Of a DNA stretch of 64,000 nt, positions 31,351 through 44,001 are shown one piece after another. The DNA is taken from positions 256,001-320,000 of the forward strand of contig CAVVPN010000004.1 of assembly GCA_963750165.1 (NCBI GenBank), read 5' to 3'. Numbering within the stretch: the first letter of the stretch is position 1; each line of letters begins with the position of its first letter. Made by a program: the position numbers and the translations under genes. The stretch comes from an uncultured Gemmataceae bacterium (lineage in GTDB: Bacteria; Planctomycetota; Planctomycetia; Gemmatales; Gemmataceae). The notes under the pieces are model-generated. The model was not told the origin of the DNA and did not search any database. It worked only from the letters and a program-made list of their open reading frames with translations.

Positions 31351-31512
31351 ATATCCCATTGTACCCACAAGGCCGGGAACAACGCAGCGCACATCCGGTG
31401 CTCAAAAAATCGCCTCGACGTTTGCCCCTCGGAGGCCCTTTCGCTGTATAATGGCGGCAAGTCGGTTCTCGGCGTCCATCACCGGTTCGTTCCCTCCGCC
31501 GGAGTCGTTGCC

Positions 31513-32037
31513 GTGGAAAGCAGTCTCACCTTCGGTCGCTTCGTGCGAAACCTGCTCTTGCTGGCCGGGCTGGGCTTTTTGGTCGTCGTGTTCTCCGGGC
31601 CGGTGCTGGCCGTGGCTGGCATGGTGCTGTCGTTCGCGCTGATTGGCTTTTTGTTGTGGTTGCCGATGCACACGCTGGTGTTCGGCCGCCGGGCGCCGCT
31701 GCGGCAGACGCTCGACCGCAGCCGGGAACTGTCGGCGCAGGCGCTGGCCGGCGTGGGTGCGGGCTGCCGCCAGGTCGGCCGGGTGCGGCGACATCTCGGT
31801 GCGCAGCTGCGGGCTGGGGTGGTCGCCGTATCGCCGCTACTGCTCGAGGTGGGCTGCGGTGCCGTCCTCGGCGTCCTGCTCGTGTGGGCGTACGGCGGGG
31901 CGAAGGCCGAGCCGGAGACGTTCACCGCGGGCGCCCTGGCCGGGGCCGTGGTTGGCGCTCTGATCGTGGTGCGTGCGCCGGTCGCCGGCCGTGGAAGAAA
32001 GGACGGAACAGGATTTCCCTGGTCGCTCCGCTGGTGA
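31513..32037 (+). CDS. Hypothetical membrane protein
   Basis: GGAG before GTG 31513; four hydrophobic segments. Confidence 0.6.
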   Translation: MESSLTFGRFVRNLLLLAGLGFLVVVFSGPVLAVAGMVLSFALIGFLLWLPMHTLVFGRRAPLRQTLDRSRELSAQALAGVGAGCRQVGRVRRHLGAQLRAGVVAVSPLLLEVGCGAVLGVLLVWAYGGAKAEPETFTAGALAGAVVGALIVVRAPVAGRGRKDGTGFPWSLRW

Positions 32038-32061
32038 CTCCCTCGTGAATTGAGGTGACAC

Positions 32062-32517
32062 ATGCTGGCGCTGTCTCGCTGCTGGGCCGTGGCGCTGTTG
32101 CTGGCCGTCGTGCCGCCGACCCCCGCCCAGGGACCGAAAAAACCACCGACGCTGGACGCGGATCGGCAGGCCCTGATGGGCGACTGGCAAATCGGCCCCG
32201 TCCAGGACGGTAACTCCAAAACGATGACCAAACTGCGCATCACCGATCGTTATCTGCGCATGCTTATCTTTTATGAATCGCCCGGGACTTTCGAGGCGGG
32301 CGGCTCGCAGTTCGAGTACAAATTCGTGGAGCAGGACGGCAAGCGCGTCATTCTGCTGTACGGCTACCAGCGCGATCAGGTGAGCGGGACGCTGACGTAT
32401 CGGCTCGACGGCGGCCGGCTGCGTCTGGAAGGCGAGGGCGTGGCGTTGAACAACCGCAAGTATGACCTGACCGGGACGTGGGCGCGGCCGATAAAGAAGA
32501 AAAAGGTGGACGGCTGA
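32062..32517 (+). CDS. Secreted hypothetical beta-rich protein
   Basis: GAGG RBS, signal peptide, and DRQALMGDW...YRLDGGRLRL. Confidence 0.65.
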   Translation: MLALSRCWAVALLLAVVPPTPAQGPKKPPTLDADRQALMGDWQIGPVQDGNSKTMTKLRITDRYLRMLIFYESPGTFEAGGSQFEYKFVEQDGKRVILLYGYQRDQVSGTLTYRLDGGRLRLEGEGVALNNRKYDLTGTWARPIKKKKVDG

Positions 32518-32762
32518 GCGCCGGTGCCCTGCTGTCTGGATTCATCGGTTCGCGCTTCCCAGTACGGGTCAGGGCGTCGGCGGATTGGTTGCGGCGGTCT
32601 GCGGCCGCAGCCAGGCGCGGAACTCGCGGACCAGCGCGATCTCATCCAGTTGTCCGCCCAGGTTCACGAAGCGCAGAACCTCTCCGCGGATTATGACACA
32701 GGACGGGCGGAACGGACAAGCTCAACACCAAGGCACTCGGTCACGACTGGGTCGCAGAAGGG

Positions 32763-32856
32763 ATGGAACCAGCCGCTGCAGCGGACGGAACCCTTTGAGT
32801 TGCAAGTGATAGCATTCAGTCTCAAAAGGCCCCGCCGCTGAGCTATGTTGTTGGCT
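32763..32856 (+). mobile_element. Isolated attC-like recombination site (degenerate)
   Basis: AAC, 5 nt, GCTGCAGCGGACGG ... CCGCCGCTGAGC, 6 nt, GTT. The arms pair with two unpaired bases. Confidence 0.5.
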
Positions 32857-32872
32857 GCCGCCCCTTCGGGGC

Positions 32873-34891
32873 TCAAGACTTCTTCAACCACCGATTGAAC
32901 CAATCCACGTTCCGTTGCAGCACGTCGCGCTGCAGCCGCGGCGCCGTGGGGTTGTGCGGCTGTCCCGGATATACCGCGAACTCCGCCGGCACCCCCAACC
33001 GTTTCAGCGCCGCGTACAACTCCTGTCCCTGCGGCAGCGGCACGCGCTCGTCCTTCTCACCGTGCTGGATCAGCGTTGGCGTCTTGATGTTGCCGGCGAA
33101 CGTCATCGGCGAATGGTCCGCGTACAGCTTCGGCTCTTTCCACGGTGGGCCGCCGAAGTAGCGCTCCAGGAACATCGGGATGTCGGTGTGACCGTACATG
33201 CTCGCGAGGTTGGTGACGCCCGCCCCGACCGACGCGGCCTTGAAGCGGTGCGTCTGCGTGATGATCCAACTCGTCATGTAGCCGCCGTAGCTCCAGCCCA
33301 TGACGCCGAGCCGCTGCGGGTCCGCGATGCCCTGCGCGATCAGGTGATCGACGCCGCTCATGATGTCCTGATAATCGCCGCCGCCCCAGTCCTTGACGTT
33401 GGCCTTGCGGAACTTCTCGCCGTAGGCGGAACTGCCGCGCGGGTTGGGGCAGAAGATGGCGTAGCCCTGACCGGCGAGGACATGGACGGGATAGCGGCTC
33501 GCCTGCGGAATGCCAGGCGGGTAGACGGTGAAGCCCAGCGAGAATTGCAATGCGGGGCCGCCGTGGATGTAGGTCAGCAGCGGGATTTTTTTATCACCCT
33601 TCTTGTAGTCCGGCGGCAGGATGAGGACGCCTTCGATTTCCAGGCCGTCCTTGCTTTTCCATTTGATGGCTTCCATCTGCGCAAGAGCCAGACCGTCCAG
33701 TTGCGGGTTGGTGAAGGTCAGCCGGCGAGGCACCCAATCAACCTTGAAATCGATGCAATACACCTCTTTCGGCTGTTGTGGGGTCTCCACGAGCAACGCC
33801 AGGCGGTCGCCCTTTTGGCTGTAACTGGGGGAATTCCGCAGATATTCTCCCAGGCCGATTCCCATTTGTTTGCCCGGCACACTTGCCGACACCATGTAGA
33901 GGTTTTTCTGCAACCCGACATCCGCTGTCAAAAAGAACTCCACGCCATCCGTCCCCCGCCAATGCAACGAATTGAAGCTGGTGTCAAACTTCGGCGCGAT
34001 GTTGCGCGGTTTACCGCCCTCCGCCGATACCACGCACAGGCACACGTTACTCAGGTGATCCGCCTTCCCATCATTCGACAGAAACGCGATCTGCTTGCCG
34101 TCCGGCGACCAGCGCGGCAGCGTGTCCAGGCCGGGCCGCTGCACCAGCGGCGTCACCTTGCCGTCCGCCACGCTCACCACAAACAGGTCGCCCTCGTTAC
34201 GGTCGTGGAAAATCGGCCGCGGCTGCGACGCATAGGCGATGCGCGTGCCGTCCGGCGACCAGTCGAAGTTGAGCACGTGAAACGCGCCCTTCGTCAACCG
34301 TCGCGTCTTCTTCGTGGCCATGTCGAACACGTGCAGGTGATTGCGGCGATAATCCTGATCGACCAGGATCACGTCGTTTTTGGCCTCCTTGCGCTGCTTC
34401 GCCGCGGCCGATTCCGGGTCGGTCAGCAGCAGCGCCAGGCTCTTGCCGTCCGGCGCCCAGGCGAAATCCTTGACGCCGCCGGCCGCGTCGGTCAGCTTCT
34501 GCGCCTCGCCGCCGTCGGCAGCAATCACCCACACCTGCACACTGCCGCCGCGGTCGGACAGGAAGGCGATGCGCTTGCCGTCCGGCGACCACTGCGGTGA
34601 ATCGTCGCGCTTCGGGCCATTGGTCAGTCGCACCGCCGGGCCGCCCTTGGCGCTAACCCGCCACAGGTCGCTGTTGTAAAAGCCACCTTTGAAGTCCACT
34701 TCCGAGATGACGTACACGACCGTTTCGCCATCCGGTGAGATTTTCGGATCGCTGACGTTGCGGATCTTCATCATGTCGTCCACGGTCATGGGCCGTTTGG
34801 CCTGTGCCTGGGCGTGCAGCGGCGCGACGGTCAGCCCCAGCACGATGGCCAGGAAAACAACCAGGGGGCGCGGTCTGAGGTGAGCGGGCAT
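32873..34891 (-). CDS. S9 family (acylaminoacyl/dipeptidyl) peptidase with a PD40/WD40-like propeller
   Basis: WSPDG repeats, HGGP, NPRGS, GWSYGG, HGEKDERVP and QPH. Confidence 0.93.
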   Translation of the reverse strand: MPAHLRPRPLVVFLAIVLGLTVAPLHAQAQAKRPMTVDDMMKIRNVSDPKISPDGETVVYVISEVDFKGGFYNSDLWRVSAKGGPAVRLTNGPKRDDSPQWSPDGKRIAFLSDRGGSVQVWVIAADGGEAQKLTDAAGGVKDFAWAPDGKSLALLLTDPESAAAKQRKEAKNDVILVDQDYRRNHLHVFDMATKKTRRLTKGAFHVLNFDWSPDGTRIAYASQPRPIFHDRNEGDLFVVSVADGKVTPLVQRPGLDTLPRWSPDGKQIAFLSNDGKADHLSNVCLCVVSAEGGKPRNIAPKFDTSFNSLHWRGTDGVEFFLTADVGLQKNLYMVSASVPGKQMGIGLGEYLRNSPSYSQKGDRLALLVETPQQPKEVYCIDFKVDWVPRRLTFTNPQLDGLALAQMEAIKWKSKDGLEIEGVLILPPDYKKGDKKIPLLTYIHGGPALQFSLGFTVYPPGIPQASRYPVHVLAGQGYAIFCPNPRGSSAYGEKFRKANVKDWGGGDYQDIMSGVDHLIAQGIADPQRLGVMGWSYGGYMTSWIITQTHRFKAASVGAGVTNLASMYGHTDIPMFLERYFGGPPWKEPKLYADHSPMTFAGNIKTPTLIQHGEKDERVPLPQGQELYAALKRLGVPAEFAVYPGQPHNPTAPRLQRDVLQRNVDWFNRWLKKS

Positions 34892-34964
34892 GGGGAGTTT
34901 CCTCCGGATGGTGAAGTCCGCAGCGGGCGCGTCGAGAGGTTAATGTAGGAACCGCCGCCGCGGC

Positions 34965-35168
34965 TCAGGCGCTTTCCCGAGGACCATCGTCGGCGCGCCG
35001 CGATCCGGAACGGGCGCGTTTGGCGGCCTCGATGGGTGGATCGCCGGGGCGGATTTCCCCCAGGACGCTGACGAAGCAGGCGGGGCAAAGGCCGTGCGAG
35101 ACGACCTGGCCTTGTTCGGGCGTGCTCTCGCGCAGCTGACCGCCACACCAGGCACAGAGGTATTTCAT
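34965..35168 (-). CDS. Small putative zinc-binding protein
   Basis: AAGGAAGG RBS; MKYLCAWC...SHGLCPAC. Confidence 0.6.
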   Translation of the reverse strand: MKYLCAWCGGQLRESTPEQGQVVSHGLCPACFVSVLGEIRPGDPPIEAAKRARSGSRRADDGPRESA

Positions 35169-35282
35169 TGGGACCAGCCCTTCCTTGAGCCGGGTGGTAG
35201 GGGAGTGCGGACCACCGGCGAGTTTTGGGCGCCACGGCAACGAGTAAAGCAGTTATAAAGCAGGAGGCGGGCGGTTGCCACC

Positions 35283-35327
35283 TTTTTTTGCTGACCGCCC
35301 CACAATCCGTGACGGTCAGCAAAAAAA
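35283..35327. repeat. Hairpin element, family D
   Basis: TTTTTTTGCTGACCG...CGGTCAGCAAAAAAA; shares CCGCCCCACmATCCGTGACGGTCAGCAAAAA with 50320-50350. Confidence 0.75.
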
Positions 35328-35481
35328 GCGTGGCGAAAAAAACCGCCGCGGCAATTTGGCGCTTCGCCTCACCACAACCTGGGTTACAATCAATTCACTT
35401 CCAATCCGCCAGGGCGGTGGCCGCCGAGAAGGGCACTCCACCGGCTGCGCGGTTGCCATCCCGCCAGGAGCGATTTCCCAC

Positions 35482-36858
35482 ATGCATTCTCAACCCCACC
35501 GCCACGGCTGCCCCGAGTTCCGCGAAGCGCTGCGGCTGTCGCGGCGCGATTTCGTCAAGGCCGGTATGCTCGGTGCCGCTGGCCTGTCGCTCGCCGACCT
35601 GCTCCGCAGCGCGGCCCGCGCCGACGCCCAGCCCACCCGCCAGCCGTCCGTCATCATCCTCTGGATGCGTGGCGGGCCCAGCCACATTGATATGTGGGAT
35701 CCCAAGCCGGACGCCCCGGCCGAGTACCGCGGCGAGTTCGGCACCCGCACGACCAGCGTGCCCGGCATCCTGCTGACCGATATGCTGCCCCTGTGCGGCC
35801 GCGTCATGCACAAGTGGTCGATCATCCGCAGCCTGCACCACCACGACGCCGGCCACTCCTCCGGCGATCAAATCTGCTTCACTGGCTACAACGCGGGCCC
35901 CAACCCGGACGAGAACCGCATGCCCAGTTGCGGCTCCATCGTGTCGCGGCAACTGGGCCACCTGAACCCGCGGCTGCCGGCCTATGTGATGATCCCGCGC
36001 GTGGTGCCGGGGGCCGGGCCGGCGTACCTCGGCGTGTCCCATAAACCGTTCGAGACGCTGGCGGACCCTGCCAATCCCGGGCCGTTCCGGCTGCCCAACT
36101 TCGAACTGCCGCAGGCGGTGACGGTGCAGCGCGTCGGCGAACGCCGTGACCTGCTCGCCAGCTTCGACCGCCTGCGCCGCGACGTGGACGGCAGCGGTCA
36201 GATGACGGCCCAGGATCGCTTCCAGCAACAGGCGTGGGACATCCTCACGTCACCGGCAGCGCGCAACGCCTTCGACCTGGACCGCGAGCCGCGCAGCGTG
36301 CGCGAGCGCTACGGCTTCGAGCCGGCGTTCAACCCCGGCGCGGCCGACCGCTGCGGCGCTCCGGCGTGGAGCCAGCGCATTCTGCTGGCGCGGCGGCTCG
36401 TGGAAGCGGGCGTGCGGCTGGTGACGGTCGATCTGCGCTGGTGGGACACGCACGTGCTCGGCTTCGACTCGCTGCGCCGCGGTTTCCTGCCGCGCTTCGA
36501 CCGGGCGTATTCGGCGCTCATCGAGGACCTGGACCAGCGCGGTTTGCTCGAATCGACGCTGGTGGTCGCCTGGGGCGAGTTCGGGCGGACGCCGCGCGTG
36601 AACGGCCAGGCGGGGCGCGACCATTACCCCAACGTCTTCAGCGCGGCGCTGGCCGGCGGCCCGGTGCGCGGCGGCCTGGTCGTCGGCGAATCGGACTCGC
36701 GCGGCGCCTTCCCGCGGGCCAACCCGAAGTCGCCGCAGGATGTGCTCGCGACGCTGTACCAGCACCTCGGCGTGGACGTGCGGCAGCAGTACCTGGATGG
36801 CAGCGGTCGGCCACACGCCGTGCTGCCGGTCGGCACGCCCATCGCGGAATTGAGTTAA
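35482..36858 (+). CDS. DUF1501 domain protein
   Basis: Motifs SRRDFVKAG, GGPSHIDMWDPKP, LLARRLVEAGV, WDTH, GEFGRTP and GRDHYP. Confidence 0.93.
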   Translation: MHSQPHRHGCPEFREALRLSRRDFVKAGMLGAAGLSLADLLRSAARADAQPTRQPSVIILWMRGGPSHIDMWDPKPDAPAEYRGEFGTRTTSVPGILLTDMLPLCGRVMHKWSIIRSLHHHDAGHSSGDQICFTGYNAGPNPDENRMPSCGSIVSRQLGHLNPRLPAYVMIPRVVPGAGPAYLGVSHKPFETLADPANPGPFRLPNFELPQAVTVQRVGERRDLLASFDRLRRDVDGSGQMTAQDRFQQQAWDILTSPAARNAFDLDREPRSVRERYGFEPAFNPGAADRCGAPAWSQRILLARRLVEAGVRLVTVDLRWWDTHVLGFDSLRRGFLPRFDRAYSALIEDLDQRGLLESTLVVAWGEFGRTPRVNGQAGRDHYPNVFSAALAGGPVRGGLVVGESDSRGAFPRANPKSPQDVLATLYQHLGVDVRQQYLDGSGRPHAVLPVGTPIAELS

Positions 36859-36963
36859 TCTGTGCAGCGCGGCTTGCCGGAATGCCGGGGGCGGCGTAGC
36901 GAATTACCAAAGGGTTCGTGACGCCGCCCCACTTCCTTGACTGGCCGCTCCGGAGTCCGCCCG

Positions 36964-37590
36964 ATGATTCAGTTCCACTGTCCCGTCTGCAACCGTCTGC
37001 TGGAGACGGCGGACGGCACCACGGGGGCGAAGTTCGCCTGTCCCGTCTGTAACCAGCAGGTTGTGGTGCCCGCCCCTCGCCCTGATGCGGCAAGACGGTG
37101 TTGGGAAAGCTGCCCGACTGCGGCCACCGGCACCGAGCTACGTATCCCAACCCTTAGGCCGCTCATTTTCGGTGCATCCCGCCGCGACCTCCCGACGATC
37201 TCGACGACCGCTGCGACCGCACCGCCGCGATGACACCGAGGGGATGACGAAGTCGCCGCGCCTCGCCGTCGCGGCGATGATGACCGCAGGACGCCGCAAT
37301 TACGATGATTGCCAATGATCGCGGGACGCCGGCGTCGCCGTCGGCGATGGGCTTCGAGTGCCCATACTGCGATAGCACCGAGCGAACCAGGCAAGAGGAA
37401 CAGATTTCCCAAGAAGGCTGGATCTGTTCACAGTTGTCGCTGGAGGGCTCTGTTCGGGCTATCGTGATGGAGTACTTTGTTTCTCCCTGGCTGTTTCCTG
37501 TTGCCCCCTGGTTTGCTGGCTGCCTCTAATACCAGAGAAGAAAAGTCAAATTTGCCGCGATTGCCGCCGGAAGATGCCTAATTGCGCTCG
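36964..37590 (+). pseudogene. Disrupted zinc-ribbon + R/D-rich linker + LITAF-like protein
   Basis: CPVC...CPVC, then FECPYC...ISQEGW, a hydrophobic stretch and ICRDCRR, spread over several frames. The end is approximate. Confidence 0.55.
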
Positions 37591-37625
37591 TTGCTTCTTG
37601 CCGCGTAGCGGCAGAAAGATGGGTT

Positions 37626-38510
37626 TCAACGCCGCAACTCCGGGTCGCCGAAGACCGGCGCCTGCACCGTCCCCGCCGGCCAGTCAATCATCAGCAAACG
37701 CTTGAAGTGATAATCGCCGCCAACGTTGTAGCCACGGATGCCCGCCAGCGTGCCCTCGCGCTCGCGGTGCGTGTGGCCGCTGAAGACGAACGGGATGCGG
37801 GCAGCGTGTTCCTCAAGCACCCGCTCCATGCTGGTGTTGCCTGAGAATGCCTCCCAGAGCAGGCCGTCGTCCGTCACCTCCTGCCGTGGGTAATTCAGGC
37901 CACGGAACGCGGGGTGATGCGTCAGCACCAGGACCTGCGCCACCTGTTGCAGCGCCTGCTCCAGATGGCGGGCGAAGGCTGCGACCGCGTGGGCGGTGAA
38001 GGACACATCGTCAAACGGCCAGCGCACAAAGCGGGCGTCGTTGTGCCGGCCACGGTTGAAGCGCTTGTCGCGCAACCGTTCCTGCCAGTCGGGCAGCCGC
38101 TCCCGCAACTGCTCCAGCGACCAGCTGTAGTCGTACCAGTTCATGGTACCGGCCACCGCGAGGTTGTGTTCCGGCAGCAGCAGCGGCCCGTGATCCAGGT
38201 AATGGCAGTCGAACGCCGCCGCGACGGCCGGCAGATGGTGCTCGTAAACGCATTGCGAGTCGCCGCGGTGATCCTGCTCTGCCACCCAAACATCATGGTT
38301 ACCTGGCACCAACGCCTTGCGACAGGGGATGTCAGACAGCAATTGCAGGCACTCGCCGAAATGCTGATCGGTGCCGAGGTCGCCGCCGAGCAGCAGCAGG
38401 TCGGGCGGTTCGCTCAGCAGATGGTCGTGGAGTTGCTCGGTGGCAATGTCGCCGCGCGGGTTCTGGCCGAAGTGTAGGTCGGCGGTGATGGCGATGCGCA
38501 GCGTGGTCAT
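37626..38510 (-). CDS. Calcineurin-like metallophosphoesterase
   Basis: Motifs ADLH, GGD, GNHD, THHP and GHTH. Confidence 0.9.
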   Translation of the reverse strand: MTTLRIAITADLHFGQNPRGDIATEQLHDHLLSEPPDLLLLGGDLGTDQHFGECLQLLSDIPCRKALVPGNHDVWVAEQDHRGDSQCVYEHHLPAVAAAFDCHYLDHGPLLLPEHNLAVAGTMNWYDYSWSLEQLRERLPDWQERLRDKRFNRGRHNDARFVRWPFDDVSFTAHAVAAFARHLEQALQQVAQVLVLTHHPAFRGLNYPRQEVTDDGLLWEAFSGNTSMERVLEEHAARIPFVFSGHTHREREGTLAGIRGYNVGGDYHFKRLLMIDWPAGTVQAPVFGDPELRR

Positions 38511-38534
38511 GGCGGAGCTTCCGGGTGCCGGCGG

Positions 38535-39044
38535 TCAGTTGAGGCTCGGTTCGGCAATGGTCGGCGGCCGCAGCAGATCCCACAGTTCCTCGGCGGGGGC
38601 GTCGAACAGCAGGGCGCTGGTCGCCGGCTGCACGGCCCAGGCGGCTTCGAGCAGTTCCTGTTCCAGCTGGCCCTCGCCCCAGCCAGCGTAACCCTTGAAG
38701 ACGCGGAAGCGCAGCGTCTCGCCGGACTCGGGCTGGCGGACGCGATCCAGGCTGGAGGCGTCGCCCAGGTAGATGCCGGCGGCAATGCGCGGTTCCAGGC
38801 CGCCCTCGGGGCCGGGTTCGTCCGGCAGCCAGTCCTTGTGGCCGTGCAGCAGGAACAGGCCCGGGGCAGGGCAGGGGCCGCCCTGGAAAACCGGGAACTC
38901 CAGCCCCTCAACCTGGCGCGGCCGGTTCACGACCAGGCCGAAGGCGCCGTCGTCATTGTGGGCCAGCAGCAGGACGACCGTCTGTGCGAAATTGGGATCG
39001 CGCAGGATCGGCCTGGCGACCAGAAAGCAGCCCGCATGAGACAT
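38535..39044 (-). CDS. YqgE/AlgH family protein
   Basis: Motifs DPNFAQTVV, GLVVNRP, GGP and GYAGWGEGQLEQE. Confidence 0.9.
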   Translation of the reverse strand: MSHAGCFLVARPILRDPNFAQTVVLLLAHNDDGAFGLVVNRPRQVEGLEFPVFQGGPCPAPGLFLLHGHKDWLPDEPGPEGGLEPRIAAGIYLGDASSLDRVRQPESGETLRFRVFKGYAGWGEGQLEQELLEAAWAVQPATSALLFDAPAEELWDLLRPPTIAEPSLN

Positions 39045-39114
39045 GACGGTTCCCCGAGATCGATGTAAGTGCCCCCGTTGCTATTGTACGCTGGGAACGG
39101 GGAAAGTGCTGCTG

Positions 39115-39194
39115 TTCTGCCGCTGGCGGCCTGGCGCGCTGATCCCCATCTAACGTTAGATGAGTATCAGCGCGCTAGGCCGCCAGCGGCAGAA
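39115..39194. repeat. Long hairpin element, family E
   Basis: TTCTGCCGCTGGCGGCCT... paired with ...AGGCCGCCAGCGGCAGAA, with inner palindrome CATCTAACGTTAGATG; related copy at 44605-44650. Confidence 0.8.
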
Positions 39195-39202
39195 AGACGG
39201 GT

Positions 39203-39952
39203 TCACGCCTTCGCCTTGCCCTGGCTGACCACCGCGTGCATCGCCTTCGCCACCGCCTCTGGGTCGCCCAGGTAATAATGCTTGATCGGCTTCAGGTCCG
39301 CGGTCAGCTCGTACACCAGCGGGATGCCGGTCGGGATGTTGACGCCAACGATCTCCGCGTCACTCACGTTATCCAGATACTTGACGATGGCCCGGATGCT
39401 GTTGCCGTGCGCCGCCACCACCACGCGCTGGCCGGAACGCACTGCCGGCGCCAGCGTGTCGTGCCAGTACGGCAGGAAGCGCGCGATCGTGTCCTTCAGA
39501 CACTCCGTCAGCGGCAGGTTCTCCGGCTTCAGGTCGGCGTAACGGCGGTCGTGACCGGGGAAGCGCGGGTCGCTGCGTTCCAGCGGCGGCGGCGCGATGT
39601 CGTAGGCGCGCCGCCAAATTTTCACCTGTTCCTCGCCGAACTTCGCCGCCGTCTCGGACTTGTTGAGGCCCTGGAGCGACCCGTAGTGGCGTTCGTTGAG
39701 CCGCCAGGATTTCTGCACCGGCAGCCACATCAGGTCCATTTCGTCGAGGACGATCCACAGTGTCCGGATCGCCCGCTTAAGTAAGGAGACGTGAGCCACG
39801 TCGAAGGTGAAGCCCTGAGCCTGGAGCAACTGGCCGGCCTGGCGGGCCTCGGCGCGGCCCTTCTCGGACAGGTCCACATCGGTCCAGCCGGTGAAGCGGT
39901 TCTCCTGGTTCCAGGTGCTCTCGCCGTGGCGGATGAGTACGAGCTTGTGCAT
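39203..39952 (-). CDS. gpmA: 2,3-bisphosphoglycerate-dependent phosphoglycerate mutase
   Basis: Motifs [33 protein letters not shown] and IPTGIP. Confidence 0.97.
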   Translation of the reverse strand: MHKLVLIRHGESTWNQENRFTGWTDVDLSEKGRAEARQAGQLLQAQGFTFDVAHVSLLKRAIRTLWIVLDEMDLMWLPVQKSWRLNERHYGSLQGLNKSETAAKFGEEQVKIWRRAYDIAPPPLERSDPRFPGHDRRYADLKPENLPLTECLKDTIARFLPYWHDTLAPAVRSGQRVVVAAHGNSIRAIVKYLDNVSDAEIVGVNIPTGIPLVYELTADLKPIKHYYLGDPEAVAKAMHAVVSQGKAKA

Positions 39953-40027
39953 GGCAGCGTCCCGGGGGTGTGGCAATCTCTCCGGGGAAATGATATGGCG
40001 CGGACACTACCCCGGGAGGATGTATAA

Positions 40028-42633
<2,606 letters not shown>

Positions 42634-42998
42634 GGTTGGTTGCACTGCTGCTGGCGGCGCGAAGCGAACTGATAAATCGAACTCCAGGAGGGTCAGATTG
42701 ATCGGTTCGCGCCGCGCGGCCGGCGGCGCGCGTCGATGAACTCCTGCACCAGCGCGGCTTCATTCCTCTGAGAAACCGCGCCGGTCGGCGCGGCAGCCGG
42801 CGCGGGATTTGCACCCCCCGTCAACAACCTCGCGTTTCTGCATTCGAGCACGGAGTGCTGGCGGCCCACCACGACACCCGGGACTCCGTCTCGGCCGCAA
42901 GGAATCAGGGGCCGTTCGGGCCGCCGGCACGAAAGGAACGGGCAGCGTGCCGGCGGTCCCTGGTAGCATTCCCTCTTCTGCCCGAGCGGAGGTCTCAC

Positions 42999-43954
42999 AT
43001 GAAGTCTCGATCCACGCCGCAACACCCGGTCCAGCTCCACGTCGAGGCGTTGGAGGCCCGGCTGACGCCGGACGCGACCACGTATGTCGAGGGCCTGTAT
43101 CAGACCGTCCTGCAACGCGCCGGCTCCGCGACCGAGGTCGCCGGCTGGGTGACGCTGATGCGGACCCTGCAGCAACAGCAGGACAACAGCAATAACCAGG
43201 GCACGCTCACCACCCAGCAGCTCGACCAGCAGTTGCTGGTGCCGAACGGCTCGATCATCACCGCGGTGGCGGCCGCGTTCTGGCTGTCGCCGGAGCACCG
43301 CGGCCTGGAGGTGGACAACTACTACCAGCATTTCCTGAAGCGTGCCGACAGCGCCACGGAACGGCAGGAGTGGGTGAACGTCTTCGTGAGCGGCGGCGTT
43401 AGTGAGGTGCAGGTGGAGGCCGCCTTCCTGTCGTCGCAGGAATACCAGAACCTCTACCCGGGCGACACCGCCTTCGTGGACGCGCTCTACCAGGACGTGC
43501 TGGGGCGGGCGGCCGACCCGAACGGCGCAGCGGGCTGGGTCCAGCTGCTGGAGAGCAGCCCCAATGGCGGCAGCAGAAACTCCGTCAACCGCGGCAACGT
43601 GGCCCTGGACATCCTGACCTCCCCCGAAGGGGAGACGGTGACCGTGACCCAGGATTACCAGCAGCTCCTCAACCGCGCGCCGACCAGGCGGGCCTGACCA
43701 ACTGGGTGAATCTGCTCGAAGCCAATAATCCGGGCAACACCAGCGACTTCAACAGCCTCGGCTTCACCACCACCACCGGCAGCAACAACAATAACAACAA
43801 CAATAACAACAACAATAACAACAACAATAACAACAACAATGCGTTCTCCGCCGGCGTGGTCCGTCTCATCGACGACATCAACAACCCCGGCGCCTCTACC
43901 GAGGGAGTGGCCGTGCGCTTCCTGACCTCGCAGGAGTTCATCCAGGATCACTAG
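42999..43954 (+). CDS. DUF4214-repeat surface protein with a planctomycete N-terminal motif and a poly-Asn tract; frameshift near 43680
   Basis: LHVEALEARLTP; repeats of LYxxVLxRxxDxxGxxxW and FLxSxE(Y/F); the reading continues as DQAGLTNWVNLLE in another frame. Confidence 0.8.
43784..43840 (+). repeat. AAC/AAT microsatellite encoding 19 Asn
   Basis: AACAACAAT followed by (AACAACAACAAT)x4. Confidence 0.95.
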
Positions 43955-44001
43955 CTCGGACGAGTCACCGCGGAGTACGCAGAGAGCGCAGCGAAAAGAG
44001 G

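Noticed and set aside
36887..36930. GGGGCGGCGT...ACGCCGCCCC resembling a tRNA acceptor stem
   Set aside because: It is too short and has no D, anticodon or T arms; it is a simple hairpin downstream of the DUF1501 gene.
43784..43840. AAC-rich tract as a DGR template repeat
   Set aside because: It is a simple microsatellite; there is no matching variable repeat or reverse transcriptase in the window.
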